From Bryobacteraceae bacterium (GTDB taxonomy: Bacteria; Acidobacteriota; Terriglobia; Bryobacterales; Bryobacteraceae), in contig JBEKNN010000005.1 of the NCBI GenBank assembly GCA_049522755.1, positions 15,768 to 79,767 of the forward strand: a stretch of 64,000 nt of DNA, read 5' to 3'. This document shows, in pieces, positions 17,974 to 27,700 of the stretch. The stretch's first letter is position 1; every line of letters begins with the position of its first letter. The notes under the pieces were generated by a model. That model saw nothing but the letters and a program-made list of their open reading frames with translations, did no database searches and was not told where the DNA came from. Made by a program: the position numbers and the translations under genes.

Positions 17974-18734
17974 GGCGCGCCCTGCAGCGACATAAGATAA
18001 GCGATTATGTCCTGGATCTCAGAATCCGAGAGTACGCCGCGGTAACTGGGCATAGGTGACTTGCCCCAATCCTTGTGTAACTCACGAAGCTCATCCTTGC
18101 GGAACGAGTATATGCGGTCCGAAGAGTCGCGGATCTGAATGGTGAACGTGTCCTCGTTGACGCGGGCGCCCGTGATCTGGCGCCCGTCGCGCGTAGTGAC
18201 GCGAACCTGCAGGAAGTTATCGGGCATGAAGATGACGCGGCGGTAAGACGTGAACGTATCGGGGACATCTGCCTCGGGATTGAGAAGCGACTCTCGCAAG
18301 TGATCGGGCCCCCGGGCCGTCCCGATAGTGGTGAGATCAGGCCCCAGGCGTCCGCCGCGAGGCCCCACGGTGTGGCACTGGCCGCAGTTGGCTTTGGACC
18401 AGAAGAGGCGCTCGCCATTGGCGCGGTCACCCTGGATCGGCGCCGTCTGCGCGGGGGCGAGACCTCGAATATACAATACGAGCCGCCGATTCTCAGCGGC
18501 CGTCATACGCGTACCGGGCATCTGCGTTCCCGGAATCCCCAGCGAGATCACGCTGGCCAGCGCGTCATCGTCCGGCGCGCGGGGAAGCTTGCGAACCGCG
18601 AGATTCGGTCCGCGTCCGCCCGCGCCGTCGAGACCGTGGCAAGGCGCGCAATGGACACGGAAGAGGTCTTGCCCGCTATCGGCCGCCCGCAACGCGCACG
18701 CCCCGAGCAGCAGCCATCCCGCAACTGTCCACAT
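17970..18734 (-). CDS. Di-heme c-type cytochrome, likely electron acceptor of the PQQ dehydrogenase
   Basis: Start chosen at MWTVAGWLLLGACALRA (signal peptide). Two CxxCH motifs (CAPCHG, CGQCHT). The second lies in a planctomycete-type heme-binding domain pattern (GPDLTTIG...ESLLNP). Confidence 0.8.
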   Translation of the reverse strand: MWTVAGWLLLGACALRAADSGQDLFRVHCAPCHGLDGAGGRGPNLAVRKLPRAPDDDALASVISLGIPGTQMPGTRMTAAENRRLVLYIRGLAPAQTAPIQGDRANGERLFWSKANCGQCHTVGPRGGRLGPDLTTIGTARGPDHLRESLLNPEADVPDTFTSYRRVIFMPDNFLQVRVTTRDGRQITGARVNEDTFTIQIRDSSDRIYSFRKDELRELHKDWGKSPMPSYRGVLSDSEIQDIIAYLMSLQGAP

Positions 18735-18907
18735 ACTGTCCGATATTGAATCATACTTGCGCGGGTATGGGGGCTCAAGGTTCCATCGACGTTTTGCCGA
18801 CCGAGCGCTACGAGCGGCTCGGAACATCGCAGGCCATGGGCCCGCGCCACGGCTTTCAACAAATTGTATTGTGGGTCCGTTATCATGATTGGTTTGGCAG
18901 CCTTACT

Positions 18908-20386
18908 ATGAAAATACCAGCCGATTCCGAAACACGACCGATGCCGGCGAGACTGACGCGCCGCCGGCTCCTCAAAAGCGCTGCGGGGATGGCCGCGGCC
19001 GCGGCGGCGACGCTCATGCCTCCGAATGTGCGGCGCGTACTGGCGCAGCAACAACCCAGGCTCAGCTCATTCCGCGACATTAAACATGTAGTCATTCTGA
19101 TGCAGGAGAACCGGTCATTCGATCACTACTTCGGGACACTGGCCGGCGTGCGCGGTTTTGACGATCCGGAAGCGCTGAAGCTTGCCGGCGGCCGGCCGGT
19201 ATTTTACCAGCCCGATGCGGAAAATCCGGATGGATATATGCTGCCATTCCATCTGGACACGCATGCCACCAGCGCGCAGAAGATACCTTCCACCAGTCAT
19301 GCCTGGGCGGTGCAGCACGAGGCATGGAACGGAGGGAAAATGGACCGGTGGCTGCCGGCCCATCGCAAGGCGGATGGAGTGAAAGGTCCGTATGTGATGG
19401 GCTATTACACTCGAGCGGATATTCCCTTTCAGTTCGCGCTGGCGGAATCGTTTACTATCTGTGACTCATACTACTGTTCTCTTATGGGACCCACATGGCC
19501 AAACCGTATGTATCTGATGACGGGTACGATCGATCCGGACGGGCTCAATGGAGGGCCGATCGTCAGTAACAAGGTTCCGCCCGGCGGATACACATGGACT
19601 ACTTATCCGGAACGGCTGGAGAAAGCCGGAGTGACATGGAAAGTGTACGAGCAGCAGGACAGCTATGGTTGTAACATGCTGAAGAACTTCAGGGTCTTCC
19701 AGCAGGCGGAGAAGGGCTCGTCACTCTATGCGAGGGGAATGCAGGTGGATCCGGAGGGGCAGTTTGAGTACGACGCAGCGCATGACAAGCTGCCGGCAGT
19801 TTCCTGGATTATTCCGACCAGTTTTCAATCCGAACATCCCGATTACATGCCCGCCGATGGAGCGGCGTTTGTGGCCAGTAAGATCGACGCCATTGCGGCG
19901 AATCCGGACGTGTGGACGAAGACCGCGTTCATCCTGAACTACGATGAGAATGACGGGCTTTTCGACCATGTGGCGCCGCCATTTCCTGTGGAGGGTACGC
20001 CGCAGGAATTTGTGGGCGGCCTTCCCATAGGCGCCGGGTTCCGGGTGCCCTGCATCATTGTCTCGCCCTGGACCGCCGGTGGTTGGGTAAGCAGCCAGAG
20101 GTTCGACCATACATCCGTCCTGCAGTTCCTGGAGACGTTTACGGGAGTCCGCGAACCTAACATCAGCGAGTGGCGCAGACACACGTTCGGCGACCTGACG
20201 TCGGCCTTCCGTTTCGGAGAGACTGGAATCAAGCCTCCGACACTGCCGGATACGAGCGGGCCTCTGATCTTAGCCAGATATGGCGCCGGCAATCTACCTA
20301 AGCCAACGTTCCCTAACAACGATCAGCAGCCGCCGAAGCAGGAGAAAGGCAGCCGTAGCCGGGTTGCGACGAGTGTGACTAAATAG
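18908..20386 (+). CDS. Phosphoesterase-family phospholipase C / acid phosphatase (PlcN/AcpA-like) with a Tat signal
   Basis: Tat signal RLTRRRLLKSAAGMAAAAAA. IKHVVILMQENRSFDHYFGTLAGVRGF is the hallmark N-terminal phosphoesterase motif. An alternative start is at 18941. Confidence 0.8.
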   Translation: MKIPADSETRPMPARLTRRRLLKSAAGMAAAAAATLMPPNVRRVLAQQQPRLSSFRDIKHVVILMQENRSFDHYFGTLAGVRGFDDPEALKLAGGRPVFYQPDAENPDGYMLPFHLDTHATSAQKIPSTSHAWAVQHEAWNGGKMDRWLPAHRKADGVKGPYVMGYYTRADIPFQFALAESFTICDSYYCSLMGPTWPNRMYLMTGTIDPDGLNGGPIVSNKVPPGGYTWTTYPERLEKAGVTWKVYEQQDSYGCNMLKNFRVFQQAEKGSSLYARGMQVDPEGQFEYDAAHDKLPAVSWIIPTSFQSEHPDYMPADGAAFVASKIDAIAANPDVWTKTAFILNYDENDGLFDHVAPPFPVEGTPQEFVGGLPIGAGFRVPCIIVSPWTAGGWVSSQRFDHTSVLQFLETFTGVREPNISEWRRHTFGDLTSAFRFGETGIKPPTLPDTSGPLILARYGAGNLPKPTFPNNDQQPPKQEKGSRSRVATSVTK

Positions 20387-20456
20387 AGAACGAAAACCGG
20401 AGTGGGGTTAACAACCTGCCCCACAAAGCAGGAGGCTTTCTGGCTCAGAGCACCGG

Positions 20457-23345
20457 CTAAAAGCTGGCAGAGACAGGCCGGGAGGCCTGTCCTACTACTC
20501 GCGAACCCGACCCCGGTGTGGCTGCGGTGTATGTCACCTCTTGGCCCGGAGTTGCCGCAAGCGCCCGTAGCGCCGGGTCGGAAACGCGCGGCGAGCCATC
20601 GGCCGGAATGAAGTTGCCGGCAGCCGGATCGTACAGGAAACCCGTAATGCGGCCATTCTGGACTACTTGCGCCACCAGGTCGCACTCCATCACCGATCCG
20701 TTCAACACCTTGGATACGAACGGCGCGGAGGCTCGCTGGATTAGTAAGTCGATCCGCGGGCCGACGGACGCGGCGTTGGCGCTGGTCAAAGTGACCTGCT
20801 GGCCGACGATGGGCGCGAGGTCGCTATCGAATGCGAGCATATACTGCTCCACATCGCGGCGCGTGGCGTCCGGATTGGTCTGTGGGAAGCCCGAGTTTGA
20901 AGTGGGATTGAACACACTGGCGGTGAAGAAGCGGAACAGGGTATCGACGCTGCCGTCGCCCGTGAATCCAAAGCCGCGGATTTGATTGCCCATTAACCCG
21001 CTGTCGGGCGCGCCGAATAAGTTGATGCCCGGATCGCCGAACATGCCGATCTTGGCGTACAGGTTGCGCAAATGAGGGATCTTGACAATCTGAGGGAGGT
21101 CCTCGAAGCTTTGGTTGCCGCCGGTGCCAAACTGTCCGTTCGCCGAATTCAACACATGGCAGCCCGCGCAGGTGAAGGACGACTGGCCAAAAATCTGATT
21201 GAGAGTCGCCGAGACAATGCCGTCGGACGGACGCGCGCCGGAATGAAACGCCTGGCCATTCTGTTGCGATGCGGTCAGCGAGTTATCCAGATTACGCACG
21301 GGGTTGGGCGGCGGCACAACCTGCAATTGAAAGTTCGCGAAGGTCTGTATCTGGCCTTGCGACGGCTGATACACGCTGCCGATCAAACTCTGGAAAGCGA
21401 CCACAAAATTGATGAAAGACAAGTTGGAATCGAACGGATCGGTTCCAAAGAATCCCGTGGAGCGGTCGCCGCGCCAGTGCATGGCCCCTGAGTTAGCCAG
21501 GCCGCGCAAGGTCTGCGTGGTAAACGGCCCTTTCATGGGATGGAAATCGGTAGGGTTATTACTGCCGTTGAGGGGCGTTGTGACGTTGGTCTGCCCGATT
21601 GCGATCAGCACCGGAATCAGGTTGCCGAAGTTGATCGGTATCGGGCTCTTAGTGACAGGGTTATCGGGGTTGCCCAAGTCCCAAGCCAGGTCGTCCATGT
21701 CGCCGAAGATGTGGCAGCTGGCGCAGGCCGCCTCGCCATTACCCGAGAACCGCGTAGCATCGTAGAGCATGGGCCGGCCCTCAATCACCGAATCGGGCTC
21801 CGGGTTGGGCATGGGAAATCCCGCGACTTCCTGACTCGCTTTCAGATTGATAACCTTCAGTGAGTTGTCAAAGCGCGTCATGGCATATAGCAGACCGCGC
21901 GCCTCGTCCAAAACCAACCCACTTACGCCGCCTCCACTGACTGGGATGTAGTTCGCGCTGGCTGTTACTGGATTGAACGTGTCGTTCTCAATCGAGCTGG
22001 TATCGAACACGCCGATCTTACTGGAACCGAACGCGGCGACGTAGAGTGTCTTACCGTCGGCGGTGACCGCGATATCTAACGGCATGGACAAGCTATGATC
22101 CTTCGCGGTGGGGTCAAAACCGGGCGATCCCGCGAGCTTGGTGTAATCGATATGTTTATTCAAGTGACGCGGCGCCACAGTCGATCCCGAGATCACTGTG
22201 ATACGCGCTTCGGCAAGATGACCCTGCACGGTGTGGCCGGCGAAAATCCCCGGCCCCTCAAAACGGACATTGTTAATCGCGTCGGTGTTGGAAACGTAGA
22301 GTGTCCCACTAACTGGATTAGTGGCCATGTTGAACAACGTGGTACCAACATGCGCGAACGCGGCGGTCTGCGTCAGGGCGTTGGCATCGACGGCGAACAC
22401 ATCCGTATCGGGCAGATTGAAGCGCACGGAATTGTCCCAAACCCGTTGTAACTCATCCTCCCAGTGACCGTCGCTGTTGTTGTATTTCACGATCAGACCG
22501 ACTTCCGGCGCTGGCTCGCCGATGGAATCGGTGGGCGGACCCGGATTGCCGCCGGGACTCACCGTGCCATCGGGTAGAGTGCATGGCTTATAGGGCTGGA
22601 ACCCCGCGCAAACCCTTTGTTGAAATATGGTGGTGGTCTGATTGCCGGTCTTAAAACCGGCGACATACACTGTGTTCTTATCGGGACTCACGGCCAGAGC
22701 GCGCGGCGTATCGGTGAAGAAGCTCAGGATAGTCAGCGGCGTTCCGCCCATAGTGGCGCCCAGATTCGCCGGGTCGAACACCCACACGTCCGCGCGCGGA
22801 ATGCCCGGTGTGGTCATCTGCGGATCGCCGGCGCCCGGCACGTTGGCGATGGAGGGATCGGTGCGCTGCTGTCCGCGATGAGCCGTAGTGATGAAGGCGC
22901 GCACAGGGTTCCCGGCGAACACTATGTCGCGCGGTTCATCGCCCACGATCAGAGTTTGCGCCACGTGCGGCGTCCCGGTAAGAGTGACGACGCTCACGCT
23001 ATCGGAAAGTTGATTGGTCACCCAAACTTCGGTATTAGTTCGCGCCGCGACGGCCACCGGCTCGAGGCCAACCGGGACGCGATACTCGAACACCGGCATG
23101 CCCGAAGTAAGCGTATAGACTTCCAGCGTGCCATTGGGAATATTGACGGAAAACAACGTGTTCCCATCCGGCGAAATGGCGACTGGACGCACGGGTCCGC
23201 TTTCAAACTCGACGAAGGAAGATCCGGCGGAAGAAGCGGAAACGGACTTGCGGTTGACGAGGCCGATGGCGAGCGAGGCGAGAAGGCCGAGCGCGGCGAA
23301 ACTGACGATTCGCCGGCGCGTGGGTTGGTGCAGCATTCGACGCAT
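20457..23345 (-). CDS. Secreted YVTN-type beta-propeller protein fused to a di-heme cytochrome c peroxidase-like domain
   Basis: 962 aa with a signal/TM anchor. The N-terminal half has propeller-like repeats (ISPDGNTLFSVN, VSPDKNTVYVAG, VTADGKTLYVAAFG). The C-terminal half has CASCHIFGD and CAGCHV plus KIPHLRNLYAKIGMFG, which resembles the CCP/MauG KTPxLRN motif. Confidence 0.6.
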   Translation of the reverse strand: MRRMLHQPTRRRIVSFAALGLLASLAIGLVNRKSVSASSAGSSFVEFESGPVRPVAISPDGNTLFSVNIPNGTLEVYTLTSGMPVFEYRVPVGLEPVAVAARTNTEVWVTNQLSDSVSVVTLTGTPHVAQTLIVGDEPRDIVFAGNPVRAFITTAHRGQQRTDPSIANVPGAGDPQMTTPGIPRADVWVFDPANLGATMGGTPLTILSFFTDTPRALAVSPDKNTVYVAGFKTGNQTTTIFQQRVCAGFQPYKPCTLPDGTVSPGGNPGPPTDSIGEPAPEVGLIVKYNNSDGHWEDELQRVWDNSVRFNLPDTDVFAVDANALTQTAAFAHVGTTLFNMATNPVSGTLYVSNTDAINNVRFEGPGIFAGHTVQGHLAEARITVISGSTVAPRHLNKHIDYTKLAGSPGFDPTAKDHSLSMPLDIAVTADGKTLYVAAFGSSKIGVFDTSSIENDTFNPVTASANYIPVSGGGVSGLVLDEARGLLYAMTRFDNSLKVINLKASQEVAGFPMPNPEPDSVIEGRPMLYDATRFSGNGEAACASCHIFGDMDDLAWDLGNPDNPVTKSPIPINFGNLIPVLIAIGQTNVTTPLNGSNNPTDFHPMKGPFTTQTLRGLANSGAMHWRGDRSTGFFGTDPFDSNLSFINFVVAFQSLIGSVYQPSQGQIQTFANFQLQVVPPPNPVRNLDNSLTASQQNGQAFHSGARPSDGIVSATLNQIFGQSSFTCAGCHVLNSANGQFGTGGNQSFEDLPQIVKIPHLRNLYAKIGMFGDPGINLFGAPDSGLMGNQIRGFGFTGDGSVDTLFRFFTASVFNPTSNSGFPQTNPDATRRDVEQYMLAFDSDLAPIVGQQVTLTSANAASVGPRIDLLIQRASAPFVSKVLNGSVMECDLVAQVVQNGRITGFLYDPAAGNFIPADGSPRVSDPALRALAATPGQEVTYTAATPGSGSRVVGQASRPVSASF
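20472..20495 (-). repeat. REP-like element (GTAGGACAGGCCTCCCGGCCTGTC) embedded in the last codons of the 962-aa gene
   Basis: The minus strand reads cga GTA GTA GGA CAG GCC TCC CGG CCT GTC tct gcc agc ttt tag, giving ...RVVGQASRPVSASF-stop. Confidence 0.6.
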
Positions 23346-23897
23346 GAATTCGTGTATCCAGTATAGGAGAATTCGCGATCTCTACTGCGGGGAATCTGTG
23401 GTCACTTCTGTGGTCGCGGCGACTGTCCGATTATGGGATTAGGTTCGTTTGGAAATTTGGCTTTTGGGGCGAAAAGCGCGTCCGATGCATGGGACCGCCC
23501 ATTCCAAGGGTTCACCCGCCGGTTCGCGAACCATCACAAAGTTCACTGCAAGGAAAAGGAGTTATCCGCGTAAACCGCCGGGTGGCCGGGCGCCGGCGGC
23601 TTGCTTTGCAACAGCGAGAGATGCAGGAGAGCGGGCCATGGGCCCACTCCACTGGCTGATGTCGATATGTGCAGTTGTCAAAGATCCGAGGCGCGGGGAA
23701 CGGCAAGATAAAGACGAGCCGCGGGCGCAAGAGCCTGGCGCAAGAATTTATGGAAGCCCTGCGCGAGTGTCGCCTAAACGGCACATTCGGGTGACGCGAG
23801 AACCCCTGAATCCATTATACAGGAAGGAAAAAAGCGTATTCGGCGTTTGATGATTGTTTTCATGGAGATGCGGCCTGTGACTGATAAAGCTTGCAAT

Positions 23898-24689
23898 TCA
23901 CCGTTCGAACCGCAGGCAGGCTCGGCCCAGGTAGATTTCGTCGCCGGGGCGGAGCTTTTCGCCGCGGCGGTTGCCGGCGGGGACTTCAATGGCGCGGCCG
24001 TCGCGGAAGACGCGCGTGCCGAATTCGCTTTCGTCGTCGCAGAGACGGTAGTCGCCGTCGTCCAGGCGGATGTGGGCGTGACGGCGCGATACCGTGGCGT
24101 TGGCTTCGTCGGCGCCCTCTTCGAAGACGATGTCGTTGCGGCGGATTACGCGGTGCTCGGAGTCGGTCAGCTCCGCCATCCGGCCGATGTTGGTGCGCGC
24201 CTTTTCCAGCAGGTATTCGGGGCGATCCGTCTTGCCCTTCATCACGGCTAGACGCGCGGGGGCGGCGGGTTCGGCCGGCGCGACCGGTGCGGCCGCCGGC
24301 GTGGCGGATGCGGCCGCTGGCGTGGCGTAGGCGATCTCGAACGGGTTGGGACCGGATTCAACAGCGCGCACTTCGATGGAAAATCCGCGGGGCGCCTCGC
24401 AGGCGGCGGCTTCGAGCGCCTCGCGAATGTCGGCCTCCAGGCGCTCGCCGAAGGCGGTCTCCAGGACGGCGCGGCGGTTGGCGTCGGCGGAAACCAGCGT
24501 GACGGTGAGATGCGCGAAGGGGAAGACGCGGCGGCCGCGCGCGAGGGTCTCGATTTTGCCCTCGACCTCTTCCAGAATGGCACGATGCGTCATCATCAAC
24601 TCGCTGGCATCGGCGGCGCCGAAGAGGCGCTCGGTCCAGCGCCGGAAGCCGCGCTCGATGCTCTTTTCGATGCCGGAGAACAGGCTCAT
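23898..24689 (-). CDS. FhaA-like protein: DUF3662 N-terminal domain plus C-terminal FHA domain
   Basis: 263 aa. MSLFSGIEKSIERGFRRWTERLFG matches the FhaA N-terminus. An Ala/Pro linker follows. The FHA core is NIGRM...NDIVF...VSRRHAHIRLDDGDYRLCDDESEFGTRV. Confidence 0.8.
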   Translation of the reverse strand: MSLFSGIEKSIERGFRRWTERLFGAADASELMMTHRAILEEVEGKIETLARGRRVFPFAHLTVTLVSADANRRAVLETAFGERLEADIREALEAAACEAPRGFSIEVRAVESGPNPFEIAYATPAAASATPAAAPVAPAEPAAPARLAVMKGKTDRPEYLLEKARTNIGRMAELTDSEHRVIRRNDIVFEEGADEANATVSRRHAHIRLDDGDYRLCDDESEFGTRVFRDGRAIEVPAGNRRGEKLRPGDEIYLGRACLRFER

Positions 24690-24710
24690 GGTTGAAGGCT
24701 CATGGTTGAA
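24683..24710 (-). repeat. Perfect 14-bp tandem duplication (ggctcatggttgaa x2) at the SEDS-PBP/fhaA junction
   Basis: Read directly. The minus strand is TTCAACCATGAGCC TTCAACCATGAGCC. Confidence 0.95.
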
Positions 24711-27700
24711 TCAGTCCCAGTTTGACGGCGGCGTTCACGATCTCGGCGGCCGCAGGGGCGGCGGCGGTGCCGCCGTACACTCCATTTTCCACCAGCACGG
24801 ATAAGGCGACGCGGTGCGCGGCCGTGCCGTACGGAGCAAAGCCGATGAACCAGGCGTGCGAGGCCGCGTCCTGCAATTCGGCGGTGCCGGTTTTACCAGC
24901 CATGGGCACGCTGGCGGCGGCGCGGCGGCCGGTGCCTGAGGTTACCACTTCGCGCATGAACCTGGCGAGCGTCTGCGCCTGATCGGCAGTCAGCACGGCT
25001 TCCGCCGTAGCGGTGCGAGTGTTGGTTTCATCCACGATCCATCGGCCCTGCGGCATCTGGCCGGCGTTGGCGACTGTCGCCGCGACGCGCGCCATCTGGA
25101 ACGGCGAGGCGACCACTTGTCCCTGTCCGTAGGAGGATTGCGGCAGGCTCTTCTTCAACTGCGCAGCGGTGTTGGGTTCGGCGGCGGCGATGCCGAGCAG
25201 GTTGGCGGTATCGAGCAGGGGCTGGGCGCCTACGTCGTAGGCTCCGAGCTGCGCGAAGTAGGCGTTGCAGGAGACTATGATGCCACGCTCCATGTCGACT
25301 GTGCCGTGGGGCGACTTGTCCTCTATGTCGTCGCGAATGGGGCGCGAGGAGCCTTTGATGTAGTTACCGACGCGCCCGTCCGGGAGGCGGATGCATTCGT
25401 AGGTTTTGTGCGTCAACTGCTGGTCTTTGCGGAGCGCGGCCATGGCGGTGACCACTTTGAAGGTGGAGCCGGGCGGATAGAGGCCGTAGCGCGCGCGATC
25501 GAGATAGGGGTTGGAATCGGAGTCGGGGTTGGCGGCGGGGTTGGCAGGCGGAAGCGCCTGCCCCACATTGGCAGGGGATAGGGTATTGGGTTGGGCAATT
25601 TGTTCAATGGCGGGCTGGGGGAAGCTGACGGCGGCTAGCAGGTCGCCGGTGGCGGGGTCCATCACCACGGCCGCGCCTTTGTCGAGCTGCGTCTGCTGCA
25701 ACTGCTTGCGCAGAATGTTGGCCACTTGAACCTGCAGGCGGGCGTCGATGGACATGCGGACGTTGCGCGCGCGGTCGAGCACGCGGCGTACGGCGGGGTT
25801 CTGCGGATCGTAGCGGTAGCGCAGAAGCGGCACCAGCTCGCGGTAATCGTAACGGAGGACGCGCTCGGCGGCGTGAGTCTTGGGGTTCTTGACTTCGACC
25901 AGCGTGGGCCGGTCGTCGTATCCGCGCAGGCGGCGGGCGGAATCGCGCTCCACGAACGATGTGTTGCTGGCGGCCCAGCGGGTGCGCGTGCGGAGATCGC
26001 CCAGCAGATCGAAGGTGAGGCCGCCGAAGGGATAGTGGCGCGATTCGGTGCGGGAACAGGCGCGGTCGATATCGATGCCGAGCTGCTGAAAATCGGCGCG
26101 GTGCTTTTCGAGCTCGGCCCAATCGCTGGTGGCGAGCGGCAGGCCGTTGCGGTCGTAAATGGAGCCCATGGGGATTTCACGGATCACGAACTGGAAGCGC
26201 GGATTGTATTGATAGCGGCGCGCGCCATCGGCCTGCACCACCAGCGTGCCTTCGCCCATGACGGCGCTGCTGTGGAGCACCTGGATGTAGGCGGCCTTGG
26301 CCACAACGGCTGCGCCCGCGATTCCAAGGACCACTCCGAGCGCGCCGGTGGGCATGCGGAACGGGGCGTTGCGTTTGCCGTCCGCGGGGCGCGCGGAGAT
26401 GGAAAGCAGAATCGCGATCACGGCGAAGTTGGCGAGCATCGAGGTGCGGCCATAGCTGAGGAACGGCGTGACCACGCCCGAGAGCGGCGTGACGCCCAGC
26501 GCGCCGCCGGAGATGAGCAGGATTTGCAACGCGGTGGCTGCGGCCAATCCCGTGGCGAGGAAATATTCGTAATCGGAGCGGGCGCGCAGGGCGATGCGCA
26601 GGGCGCGATACACGATAAACGCGAAGAGCGCGAAGACGGCGGCGACGCCGAGGAATCCCCATTCTTCGCCGAGCGCGGAGAGAATCAGATCGGTGTGAAC
26701 GGCGGGAACCACTTGCGAGTCGCCCAGACCGATGCCCGTGCCGGTGGCGCCGCCGGTGGCGAAAGCCCAAAGCGATTGCGCAAGCTGGTCGCCGCCGTGA
26801 ATCATGTTGTTCCAGGGCGACAGCCACATGGAGACGCGCTCGCCGACGGTGTGCGGGACGCCGAGGACGTATCCGCTCACGAACGCCGCGACGACGAGCG
26901 CCAGGCCGAGGGCGGGCACGAAGAGGCTGCCGCGCGCGATGCCGTAGAGCGCGAGGAAGAGACAGGCGAAGATGAGCGCGGGGCCCATGTCCTTCTGCAG
27001 AAAGAAAAACGCCACCGAGAGCGCCACGGAAACCAGCGCGGGCAGGGTGTACTCGACGGGCGGAATATCGAAGCGGCGGGTGAGCGCGGAGAGCGAGGCG
27101 CGCGTTTCGCGAGCGTGGCGGAGCACGTCCCAGCGGCTGGCGAAGTAGCCGGCGAGGAAGAAGACCAGCAGGATGCGGACGATCTCAACGGGTTGAAAGC
27201 CGAAGAGGTTGACCTTGGCGTCGCTGGTTCCGGGGCCGGAGCCGAACGCGATCAGCAGCGCGGAGAGCACGAAGCTGACGAGCAGCGGCACGAAGCTGAG
27301 ATTGCCCATGAGGCGCTGATAATCGAGCGCGCTGAGCGCGGCCAGCAAGACGCAGCCGACGACGACGCCTTGCGCGAAATCGGCGAAGAGCAGGTTGTCG
27401 CGGAGCGGGTCGCGCAGGCTCACCATAAGGATGAAGCCGATGCCGGTGAGCAGAAGGACGGGGGGCAGCAGGGTTTGGTCGCCAGGGAAGCGGCGGAGGC
27501 TCCAGAAGATGTGCGCGGCGAAAAAGGCGGCGAAGAAGAGGACGGTCCACAGAAGGAATGCGCGGCGGAATCGGGTCGGCTCACGGACGATGTAGAGCGG
27601 CTTCAACTGGCGGAACTGATCGGCAGTGAGCAGCGGGATGGAGGAGTGACCGGCGAGGCGGTCGCGGAATGGTTTGAGGGCGCGCGCGCCGGCGACTTCG

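Noticed and set aside
23449-23850. A 133-aa plus-strand ORF in the 550-bp intergenic region upstream of the 962-aa gene.
   Set aside because: The sequence is basic and low-complexity with no motif. The region more likely holds the promoter/5' UTR of the 962-aa gene and the 3' end of the fhaA operon.
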